The notes under the pieces are model-generated. The model ran no database searches, had not been told where the DNA came from, and saw only the letters and a list, made by a program, of their open reading frames with translations. DNA of 64,000 nt from an uncultured bacterium (lineage in GTDB: Bacteria; Hydrothermota; Hydrothermia; WGAB01), in the NCBI GenBank assembly GCA_964406105.1, contig CAYOQK010000022.1, positions 14,053-78,052 of the forward strand, given 5' to 3'. Made by a program: the position numbers and the translations under genes. Positions 27,700 through 35,469 of this stretch are shown here, piece by piece; within the stretch, counting starts at the first letter, position 1; every line of letters begins with the position of its first letter.

Positions 27700-29141
27700 T
27701 GGACTTCAACTGGGCCCTTTTGAACACCGAGTTTCTTTTGCTGGGCCTCATGCTGTTGGTGTTCCTGGTGGATCTGTTTGTGCCCAGCAAGCGGGTGCCC
27801 GCCTGGATCACCGTGGTGGGCCTCGTGTTCCTGTTCTTCGTGAACCTGCTGGCTCCTCACTATGGCTCCACCCTGAACGGCACCCTGGTGCACAACTCCT
27901 TTACCGCCTTCCTGAAGGGGGTATTCCTGCTGGCGGGGCTGATCACCTCCCTGGGTGCGCTCAGCACCTTGGGCCGCTTTGAACGCCGCGCCGGTGAATT
28001 CTACCTGCTGCTTCTGGCCTCCCTCTTGGGCATGATGCTGGTGGTCTCCGCCCGTGAACTGGTGCTCTTCTTCGTGGCCTTTGAACTCATGAGCATCCCC
28101 CTGTACGTGCTGGCCGCCTATGAGAAAGACAACGAGCGGAGCGTGGAAGCCGGCCTCAAGCTCTTCATCTACGGCACCTTCTCCTCGGCCCTGCTGGCCA
28201 TGGGGGTCACCCTGATGTACGGCGTGGTGGGATCCACCCTGTTCCGCGACCTGGCCTCTGGCCTCTCTCAAGCGGAACCCCTGGCCGTACTCGGGCTCGT
28301 GCTCTTCCTGGCGGGTGTGGGCTTTAAGGTGGCCATGGTGCCCTTCCACATGTGGGTGCCTGACACCTACGAAGGCGCTCCTACCCCCTTCGTGGCCTTC
28401 CTGGCGGTAGCCCCTAAGGCGGCCGGCTTCGCCATCCTCTTCGTGTTCTTCCTCAGCCTGTTCCAAGACCTCACCCCCCTGTGGAAGGTGGTGATCGCCT
28501 TCTTCTCCGGCATCACCATGATCATCGGCAACCTTCTGGCCCTCCCCCAAACCAACCTCAAACGGCTCCTGGGGTACTCTGGCATCGCCCATATCGGCTA
28601 CATGCTGTTGGCTGTGGCCGCAGGCACGGAACGCGCCATCGCCTTTGTCCTCTTTTACTTCGTGGCCTATGTGCTCAGCAATATGGGGGCCTTTCTCTTC
28701 GCGGAGGTGGTCCGCCAAAACGAGGGCTCGGAGGAACTCCAGGTGCTCCATGGGTACGCCCAGCGTAACCCCCTGCTGAGCCTGTACATGCTGGTGTTCC
28801 TGCTCTCTCTGGGAGGCATCCCCTTTGTGATGGGCTTCTGGGCCAAACTCTACGTGTTCCTGGCGGCTGTACAATCCGGGCTGGTGCTCCTGGTGTTCTT
28901 GGGAGCCGTGCTCACCGTGGTGGCCCTGTTCTACTACCTGAACGTGGCGCGCCAAATGTACATTGAAAAACCCCAGGAGGCCGAAAAACTCCAGGCACCC
29001 GTCCGGGTTCCCGGCTCCATCCACGTGGTGCTGGCCCTTTCCACCCTGGCGGTAGCCTTGCTGGGCCTGTACCCCAAGCTGGTGGTATCGCCAGCCCTGG
29101 AGGCAGCCCATTCCTTCTTGCAAACACTGGCCGGATTCTAA
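27696..29141 (+). CDS. nuoN: NADH-quinone oxidoreductase subunit N
   Basis: 481 aa, antiporter-like (VPFHMWVPDTYEGAPTPFVAFLAVAPKAAG). It is the last nuo gene. Confidence 0.9.
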   Translation: MMDFNWALLNTEFLLLGLMLLVFLVDLFVPSKRVPAWITVVGLVFLFFVNLLAPHYGSTLNGTLVHNSFTAFLKGVFLLAGLITSLGALSTLGRFERRAGEFYLLLLASLLGMMLVVSARELVLFFVAFELMSIPLYVLAAYEKDNERSVEAGLKLFIYGTFSSALLAMGVTLMYGVVGSTLFRDLASGLSQAEPLAVLGLVLFLAGVGFKVAMVPFHMWVPDTYEGAPTPFVAFLAVAPKAAGFAILFVFFLSLFQDLTPLWKVVIAFFSGITMIIGNLLALPQTNLKRLLGYSGIAHIGYMLLAVAAGTERAIAFVLFYFVAYVLSNMGAFLFAEVVRQNEGSEELQVLHGYAQRNPLLSLYMLVFLLSLGGIPFVMGFWAKLYVFLAAVQSGLVLLVFLGAVLTVVALFYYLNVARQMYIEKPQEAEKLQAPVRVPGSIHVVLALSTLAVALLGLYPKLVVSPALEAAHSFLQTLAGF

Positions 29142-29156
29142 CCATGCAACAGGGAG

Positions 29157-29735
29157 GTGATTCCCGTGATTGAAATCCGGATCCACGGCCGGGGTGGCCA
29201 GGGGGCGGTGATCGCCTCCGAGATCCTGGCCAAGGCCTTCTTCAAAGAGGGCAAATACGTGCAGGCGTTTCCCCACTTTGGCGTGGAACGCCGCGGGGCG
29301 CCGGTGGCCGCCTTTGTCCGCATCGGCGACCCCGGAAGCCTGTTCGTTCGCACCAACATCTACGAGCCCGACCACATCATCGTGCTGGACCCCACGCTCA
29401 TCACCGCGGTCAACGTGCTGGAGGGCCTGAAGCCCGGCGGCTGGATCATCGTCAACTCGGCCGCAGAACCCTCGGAACTGGGTTTACCCGATCGGTACCG
29501 CGTCGCCACCGTGGACGCCACCGGGATCGCCATCCGGCACAAGTTGGGCACCAAAACCACCCCCATCGTGAACACCGCCATTTTGGGTGCCTTCGCCCGC
29601 GCCGCCGGCATGCCCTCCCTGGAAAAACTCACCGAGGCCATCATGGAAGAGGTACCGGTTAAGCAGGAAGAGAACGCCGCAGCCGCTCGCGATGCCTTTG
29701 AACAAACCAAACTCTCCGCGGAGGTAGGGGTATGA
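29157..29735 (+). CDS. 2-oxoacid:ferredoxin oxidoreductase gamma subunit (PorG/KorC-like)
   Basis: 192 aa. IEIRIHGRGGQGAVIASEILAKAFFKEGKYVQAFPHFGVERRGAPV is the canonical POR gamma N-terminus. It starts 16 nt after the nuoN stop on the same strand. Confidence 0.8.
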   Translation: MIPVIEIRIHGRGGQGAVIASEILAKAFFKEGKYVQAFPHFGVERRGAPVAAFVRIGDPGSLFVRTNIYEPDHIIVLDPTLITAVNVLEGLKPGGWIIVNSAAEPSELGLPDRYRVATVDATGIAIRHKLGTKTTPIVNTAILGAFARAAGMPSLEKLTEAIMEEVPVKQEENAAAARDAFEQTKLSAEVGV

Positions 29736-31417
29736 GCAACAACGGAAACCGTTGGAACCCCAAGAACTTCAAGGCCCACGACATCCCGGATACCTCCGTG
29801 AGCCTAACGGATTCCTTAAACAACAAAACCGGCTCCTGGCGCAGCATGAAGCCGGTCATTGAAGACAAGTACGCTCCGTGCATCAAGGCCTGCCCCACCA
29901 ACACCCTCATTCCCCAGTACTTTGACCAACTGATCCGCGGCAATCTGGACGCCGCAGGCTGGATCCTACTGGAGCACAACCCCATCCCCTCGGTAACCGG
30001 CCGCGTGTGTCCCCACCCTTGCGAACTCGGATGCAACCGGGGCCGCTACGATCAACCCATCTCCATCCGCGAGATTGAGCGGTTCGTGGGCGACCACATC
30101 CTGGACAAAAAGGGCGTTCCTCCCAAAACCGAAACGGGCAAACGCGTGGCCGTGGTAGGAAGCGGCCCGGCCGGGATGTCCGCCGCCTTTTACCTGCGCC
30201 GCCGCGGCCACACCGTGGTGGTCTTTGAAAAAGAGGAAAAGGGCGGTGGCGTACTCCGCTACGGCATTCCAGAGTACCGACTGCCCAAGGACATCGTGGA
30301 CCGAGAGTTCCTCGCCCTGGAACGCATGGGGGTGCAGTTCAAGTACAACACCACCGTGGGCCAGGACCTCTCCGTGGAGCAACTCCTGCAGGAGTACGAT
30401 GCTGTGTTCCTGGGCCACGGAGCCATGAAGGAACGCCACATGGGCATCCCTGGCGAGGAGCACTTCCTCTCGGGCCTGGAGTTCCTGTGGCAGGTGAATC
30501 ACGGCAACCTCAAACCCCCTGGCAAACGCGTGGCCGTGATCGGCGGCGGCAACGTGGCCATGGACGTGGCCCGCGCCCTGCTCCGGCTGGGAGCGGAGCC
30601 CATCGTGCTCTATCGCCGCACCCGCAAGGAAATGCCCGCCTTGGAAGAGGAAGTGGAACGGGCCCTGGAGGACGGCATTGAATTCCGGTTCCTCACCCAA
30701 CCGGTGGCCGCCCGCAAGGAAAACGGCCACATTGTGCTCACCTGCGTGAAGATGCAATTGGGCGAGCGCGATCGCTCAGGTCGCCCTCGGCCCGTCCCCG
30801 TGGAGGGATCGGAACACGACCTGGTGTTTGACGCCGTGGTGGCCGCCATCGGCGAGTACGTGGACACCTCTTTCCTGCCCAAAGAGGCCCTGGACAAGGA
30901 CGGCTGGCTCGTGGCCGACAAGAAAACCGGCCGCACCCCGGTCAAAGGCCTGTATGCCGGCGGCGACGCCGTGCTGGGCCCGGCCACCGTGGTGGAAGCC
31001 GTGGGCATGGGTCGCCGTGCTGCCGAAGCCATTGACGCCTATCTGAACGGCGTGGAAGACTACAAGCCTGCTCCCCTCCCCCGTACCGTGTCCTTCAAGT
31101 ACATCATGACCGAGTACTTCCCCAAGGCCCCCCGGGTGGAGGTACCGGAACTCCCCGTGGAAGAGCGCATCAAGGACTACTTCAAAGAGGAAGTGCTGGG
31201 CTACGATCTGGACCGCGCCGTCAAGGAAGCCCTCCGCTGCTTCTCCTGTGGCCACTGCAACAGCTGCGGCAACTGCTACGTGTTCTGCCCCGACTATGCC
31301 ATCAAATGGGTGAACGACAAGCCCGTGGTGGACTACGACTACTGCAAAGGCTGTGGCATCTGTGCCCAGGAGTGCCCGCGGGGCATCATCACCATGGAAT
31401 TTGAACGGCTGTTCTGA
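29732..31417 (+). CDS. Fusion protein: N-terminal GltD-like NAD(P)H-binding FAD oxidoreductase fused to a C-terminal OFOR delta-type 2x[4Fe-4S] ferredoxin (epsilon-delta fusion)
   Basis: 561 aa. The N-terminus has the GltD/DPD-type Cys-rich helical Fe-S domain (CIKACP...CPHPCELGCNRG). Next come two Rossmann dinucleotide motifs (VAVVGSGPAGMSAAFYL and VAVIGGGNVAMDVA). The C-terminus has two ferredoxin motifs (CFSCGHCNSCGNCYVFCP and CKGCGICAQECP). Confidence 0.75.
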   Translation: MSNNGNRWNPKNFKAHDIPDTSVSLTDSLNNKTGSWRSMKPVIEDKYAPCIKACPTNTLIPQYFDQLIRGNLDAAGWILLEHNPIPSVTGRVCPHPCELGCNRGRYDQPISIREIERFVGDHILDKKGVPPKTETGKRVAVVGSGPAGMSAAFYLRRRGHTVVVFEKEEKGGGVLRYGIPEYRLPKDIVDREFLALERMGVQFKYNTTVGQDLSVEQLLQEYDAVFLGHGAMKERHMGIPGEEHFLSGLEFLWQVNHGNLKPPGKRVAVIGGGNVAMDVARALLRLGAEPIVLYRRTRKEMPALEEEVERALEDGIEFRFLTQPVAARKENGHIVLTCVKMQLGERDRSGRPRPVPVEGSEHDLVFDAVVAAIGEYVDTSFLPKEALDKDGWLVADKKTGRTPVKGLYAGGDAVLGPATVVEAVGMGRRAAEAIDAYLNGVEDYKPAPLPRTVSFKYIMTEYFPKAPRVEVPELPVEERIKDYFKEEVLGYDLDRAVKEALRCFSCGHCNSCGNCYVFCPDYAIKWVNDKPVVDYDYCKGCGICAQECPRGIITMEFERLF

Positions 31418-31427
31418 GGAGGCCACC

Positions 31428-32603
31428 ATGAAACTCTTGGAAAACAGCACCTACACCGTTTTAAAGGGCAACCATGCCGTTTCCGTGGGGGCGAAACTGG
31501 CCCGGGTAGAGGTGATCGCTGCCTATCCCATTACCCCGCAAACCACCATTGTGGAACTGCTTTCCGAAATGGTGGCCAACGGCGATCTCCGGGCTCGGTT
31601 CATCACCGTAGAGTCCGAGCACTCCGCCATGGCGGGTTGCATTGGCGCCTCGCTGGCAGGAGCCCGGGCCTTTACGGCCACTTCGGCCCAAGGGCTGGCC
31701 CTGATGCACGAGATGCTCCACTGGGCCGCAGGCGCCCGCGCCCCCATCGTCATGGCCAACGTGAACCGGGCCATGGCACCCCCGTGGTCCATCTGGACCG
31801 AGCAAACCGACTCCTTAGCCCAACGGGACACCGGCTGGATCCAGATCTACAACGAGTCCAACCAAGAGGTGTTGGACACGGTGATCCTCGCCTACAAGGT
31901 GGCGGAACGCGTACGCGTGCCCGCCATGCTGGTGCTGGATGCCTTCGTGCTCTCCCACACCTCCGAACCCGTGGAGGTGTACCCCCAGGAACTGGTGGAC
32001 GAATACCTGCCGCCCTACGAGAACCCCCATGCGCTGAACCTCAACGATCCGCGTGCCATCGGAAGCCTGGCTGATCCCCACATCTACATGGAGTTCCGGT
32101 ACAAACTCCAAAAAGCCCACGAGGAAGCCCTCCAGGTGTTCAAGGAGGAGGGCAAACGCTTTAAAGAGTTCTTCGGCCGGTCGTACGACACCCTGGAAGG
32201 CTTCTACCTGGACGACGCCGACTACGTGCTGGTAACCTCGGGCACCGTCACCTCCACGGCCAAGTACACCGTGGCCCAATTGCGGGAAAAGGGCGAAAAG
32301 GTGGGGATCCTCAAGATCCGCCTGTTCCGTCCCTTCCCCTTTGAAGACGTGCGAAACGCGTTGCGGGGCCGGAAGAAGGTGGCGGTCATTGATCGCAACA
32401 TCTCCTTCGGGCACTCAGGCATCTTTTACTCCGAGATCAAAAGCGCGCTGTACCGAGATGCCGGGGCACCCCCGGTCTTTGGCTACATTGCGGGGCTCGG
32501 CGGTCGCGACGTGCGTCCCCACGATATCCTGGCCATCTACGAGGACCTGAAACAGCGGGAGGAACCCGCAGAACCCATCCTCTGGAAGGGGGTGCGAGCA
32601 TGA
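31428..32603 (+). CDS. 2-oxoacid:ferredoxin oxidoreductase alpha subunit (PorA/KorA/VorA-like)
   Basis: VLKGNHAVSVGAKLARVEVIAAYPITPQTTIVE is the canonical alpha-subunit N-terminus. The start is set at the ATG at 31428 because of the GAGGAGG Shine-Dalgarno sequence 6 nt upstream; the ORF-track start at 31353 would overlap the preceding gene. Confidence 0.8.
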   Translation: MKLLENSTYTVLKGNHAVSVGAKLARVEVIAAYPITPQTTIVELLSEMVANGDLRARFITVESEHSAMAGCIGASLAGARAFTATSAQGLALMHEMLHWAAGARAPIVMANVNRAMAPPWSIWTEQTDSLAQRDTGWIQIYNESNQEVLDTVILAYKVAERVRVPAMLVLDAFVLSHTSEPVEVYPQELVDEYLPPYENPHALNLNDPRAIGSLADPHIYMEFRYKLQKAHEEALQVFKEEGKRFKEFFGRSYDTLEGFYLDDADYVLVTSGTVTSTAKYTVAQLREKGEKVGILKIRLFRPFPFEDVRNALRGRKKVAVIDRNISFGHSGIFYSEIKSALYRDAGAPPVFGYIAGLGGRDVRPHDILAIYEDLKQREEPAEPILWKGVRA

Positions 32604-33535
32604 CCTGGTGGTGGAAAGAAGTAGACAGCACTACGGACCTTTTGAACCCTGGGCATTTGGCCTGCCAGGGGTGTGGGGCCACCATTGCCATGCGTCTGGC
32701 CCTCAAGGGCCTGGGCAACCGGGTGATGGCCACCATCCCTGCCTGCTGCTGGACCATCATTGACGGCGCCTGGCCGAACCACGCCTTGAAGATCCCCCTC
32801 ATGCACACGGCCTTTGAAACCGCCGCCATTGCGGCTTCGGGCATCCGTGCCGCCTTGGACGTCAAGGGCGAAGAGGACGTTACGGTAATGGCCTGGGCCG
32901 GTGACGGCGGTACCTTTGACATTGGGATCCAAGCCCTCTCCGGCGCAGCGGAACGCAACGAGAACATCATCTACGTGACCTACGACAACGAGGCCTACAT
33001 GAACACCGGCATCCAGCGCTCCAGCGCCACCCCCTACGGGGCCTGGACCACCACCACGCCGGTGAAGCACCCGGAGAGCCGCCCCAAGAAGAACATCATG
33101 GAGATCATGGCCGCCCATCGGATCCCCTACGCCGCAACGGTCAACGTGGCCTTCCCCGACGATTTCGTGCGGAAGTTCAAGAAGGCCAAGGGCATCGTAG
33201 GCATGCGGTTCTTCCACGTGTTCTCCCCATGCCCACCGGGCTGGAAAATCCCCTCGGATATGTCCATCAAGGTGGCACGGATGGCCGTAGAAACCAAGAT
33301 GTTCCCCCTGTACGAGATTGAGGACGGCGAGCGGGTGACCATCAACTACTGGCCCGAAGGCCGGCCAGTGGAGGAATACCTGATGATGCAGGGCCGGTTC
33401 AAACACCTCACCGACGAGCAGATTGAGTACATCCAAAGGTTCGTGGACCATCAGTGGGAACGGCTGGTTCGCCAACACGAGCTCACCCACGGCTCCCTGC
33501 CCGAAGAAGCCAAAGCCACCTTGAACACCGGTTGA
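32600..33535 (+). CDS. 2-oxoacid:ferredoxin oxidoreductase beta subunit (TPP-binding, PorB/KorB-like)
   Basis: 311 aa. The N-terminal CQGCG motif and the TPP-binding GDGG...N fold region (WAGDGGTFDIGIQALSGAAERNENIIYVTYDNEAYMNTGIQ) are both present. Confidence 0.85.
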   Translation: MTWWWKEVDSTTDLLNPGHLACQGCGATIAMRLALKGLGNRVMATIPACCWTIIDGAWPNHALKIPLMHTAFETAAIAASGIRAALDVKGEEDVTVMAWAGDGGTFDIGIQALSGAAERNENIIYVTYDNEAYMNTGIQRSSATPYGAWTTTTPVKHPESRPKKNIMEIMAAHRIPYAATVNVAFPDDFVRKFKKAKGIVGMRFFHVFSPCPPGWKIPSDMSIKVARMAVETKMFPLYEIEDGERVTINYWPEGRPVEEYLMMQGRFKHLTDEQIEYIQRFVDHQWERLVRQHELTHGSLPEEAKATLNTG

Positions 33536-33543
33536 TCCCCCTG

Positions 33544-33571
33544 GGGCTGGGGGCGAAATCGCCCCCAGCCC
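33544..33571 (+). terminator. Candidate terminator hairpin after the OFOR beta gene (GGGCTGGGGGCG-AAAT-CGCCCCCAGCCC)
   Basis: Perfect 12-bp GC-rich stem with a 4-nt loop, 9 nt after the stop. The downstream tract is only moderately T-rich (tcttgtcgtttc). Confidence 0.5.
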
Positions 33572-33683
33572 ATCCTTCAAAACTCTTGTCGTTTCAACGC
33601 TTCGGTTGACCCCCTTGGGAGGAGCGTTGTAAACTTAGGGGCTGAATGTGGGCCAAAATCCGAAGAAAAGGGAGTGAATCACG

Positions 33684-34907
33684 ATGATCAACATCCTGAT
33701 GGTGTCGCTGACCTTCGTGCTGGCCAGTACTCCGGACACTGGGCAGGCGCACCAGTTCACGCGCCGCGACTCGGCCAAAATCTGGTTCTCCGTAGGCAAA
33801 GACTACTTCAACAAGAACAACCTGGAACGCGCCATCGCCAACTTCAAACGCGCCCTCTCCTACGACTCTACCTTTGTGGAAATCTACCTGCACCTGGGCC
33901 AGGCCTACCTGAAACTCGGCCAGTTTGATTCTGCCGAAGTGGCCTACCGCAAGGTAGCCCAGATCAATCCACAGGACTCCCGCGGTTGGCAAGGCCTGGG
34001 CTTCATGTACGGCATCGTCAAAAAGGACGTGGAAAAGGGCATTGAGTTCTACAAAAAGGCCCTGGAGGTGGACCCCAACAACAACGACGCCCGTTTCGGA
34101 TTGGCCACCCTGCTGGACAAGGCCGGACGCTCCGAGGAGGCAGATTCCATTTACCAGGCGGCCATCGCTGCAGATCCCGACAACCCTGCCATTCTTAAGG
34201 CCTACGGTGTGTTTCTGGCGGAAAAACAGGAGTACGCCAAGGCATTGCCCTACCTGGAAAAGGCCCACACCAAAAACCCCGAAGACCCCAAGGTCAACAA
34301 CCTGCTCTTAGAGGCCTACCTGGCCCTTGCCAAAGCGGCCGAGAACAAGGCCGACCGGAAGGCCTACTACGAAAAGGCCCTTACGCTCCTCAACGAGAAG
34401 ATTCAGAAGGACTCCACAGACATCAACCTGTTCATCAAACGCGCCAACGTGCTGGCCAACCTGGGGAAGGTGAACGAAGCCATTCACGACCTGGACCGCG
34501 CCATTGAACTGCGGCCAGACATCCCCAACGCCCTCCTCATCAAGGCCAACCTCCTGATGGAGGTGAAAAAGGACTACGCCGGGGCCCGTCAACTCCTGAA
34601 AAAGGCCCTGGAAATGGACCTGCCCGACAACGTGCGGGCAGCCACCCTGGCCCTCTTGGCCGACGCCTACTTTTACCCCGCCGAAAACCTGAGAAAACAG
34701 GGCGATGCCCTGCGCAAAAAGGGGCTGGAACTGGAGGCCCGCAAGAAGTACGGCGAGGCTGTTCCCCTGTACGACAAGGCCATCCAAACCTACAAGAAGG
34801 TGCTGCAATACCCTGGCACCCGCTGGACCGAATACGCCCAAAAACAGGTCAAGCGCGCCCAAACCCTCCGCAAGAAGGCCTGGCGCCGCAGCCAGGGCAT
34901 TGAATGA
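33684..34907 (+). CDS. Tetratricopeptide-repeat (TPR) protein with an N-terminal signal peptide
   Basis: 407 aa. Hydrophobic N-terminus (MINILMVSLTFVLAS), then at least 8 TPR-like 34-aa repeats (for example AIANFKRALSYDSTFVEIYLHLGQAYLKLGQFDSAEVAYRKVAQINP). A possible TTGACC...TAAACT promoter lies at 33605-33635. Confidence 0.7.
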   Translation: MINILMVSLTFVLASTPDTGQAHQFTRRDSAKIWFSVGKDYFNKNNLERAIANFKRALSYDSTFVEIYLHLGQAYLKLGQFDSAEVAYRKVAQINPQDSRGWQGLGFMYGIVKKDVEKGIEFYKKALEVDPNNNDARFGLATLLDKAGRSEEADSIYQAAIAADPDNPAILKAYGVFLAEKQEYAKALPYLEKAHTKNPEDPKVNNLLLEAYLALAKAAENKADRKAYYEKALTLLNEKIQKDSTDINLFIKRANVLANLGKVNEAIHDLDRAIELRPDIPNALLIKANLLMEVKKDYAGARQLLKKALEMDLPDNVRAATLALLADAYFYPAENLRKQGDALRKKGLELEARKKYGEAVPLYDKAIQTYKKVLQYPGTRWTEYAQKQVKRAQTLRKKAWRRSQGIE

Positions 34908-35446
34908 TCGCTGGGGGTGAGACCTTCAGGAGCACGAAACTCAACGGTCCGGTTCTGGTACTCAACGGAAACTACGAGCCCCTGCATATCACCACCGTGC
35001 GCAGGGCCGTATCCCTGATCTTCACAGGCAAAGCGGAGATGATCTTGCCCTTTGACGGTGAAGTCCTGCGGGCCCAGCACCTCACGATGAAACGCCCCAG
35101 TGTGATCCGACTGGCCCGATACGTACGATGGATCCGACGGGAGATCCCTCCCACCAAACGCAATATCCTGCGTCGCGATCGGTATACCTGCCAGTACTGT
35201 GGCACCCGCGAGGGTCCCATGACCATTGACCACGTGATCCCCAAAGTGCTGGGAGGGAAAGACACATGGGAAAACCTGGTGTGCGCCTGTGTGCGATGCA
35301 ACAACAAAAAGGGTGACCGCACTCCAGAGCAGGCCGGCATGAAGCTCCGGAGGAAACCTCGCCGTCCCCATCACTTCCTGTTCCGCTTCCAAACCGAAAA
35401 ACTGCCCGACCCCCGTTGGAAGATGTTTCTTTTCGGCTTGGAGTGA
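34904..35446 (+). CDS. HNH endonuclease (small stand-alone HNH nuclease family)
   Basis: 180 aa with CQYCG...IDHVIP...GGKDTWENLVCACVRCNNKKG, an HNH motif with Zn-binding cysteines. The conserved N-terminal VLVLNGNYEPLHITTVRRAV segment of this family is present. It overlaps the TPR gene stop by 4 nt. Confidence 0.75.
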   Translation: MIAGGETFRSTKLNGPVLVLNGNYEPLHITTVRRAVSLIFTGKAEMILPFDGEVLRAQHLTMKRPSVIRLARYVRWIRREIPPTKRNILRRDRYTCQYCGTREGPMTIDHVIPKVLGGKDTWENLVCACVRCNNKKGDRTPEQAGMKLRRKPRRPHHFLFRFQTEKLPDPRWKMFLFGLE

Positions 35447-35469
35447 ACTCCTGATCTTCTGCGCCACTG

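Noticed and set aside
31353-31427. Longer N-terminal extension of the OFOR alpha subunit proposed by the ORF track (start at 31353)
   Set aside because: It would overlap the preceding gene by 65 nt. A strong GAGGAGG Shine-Dalgarno sequence sits 6 nt upstream of the ATG at 31428, and the conserved alpha-subunit N-terminus begins there.
33594-34268. 224-aa minus-strand ORF and the 34308-34862 ORF overlapping the TPR lipoprotein gene
   Set aside because: Antisense to a gene with clear 34-residue TPR periodicity. There is no RBS or promoter context.
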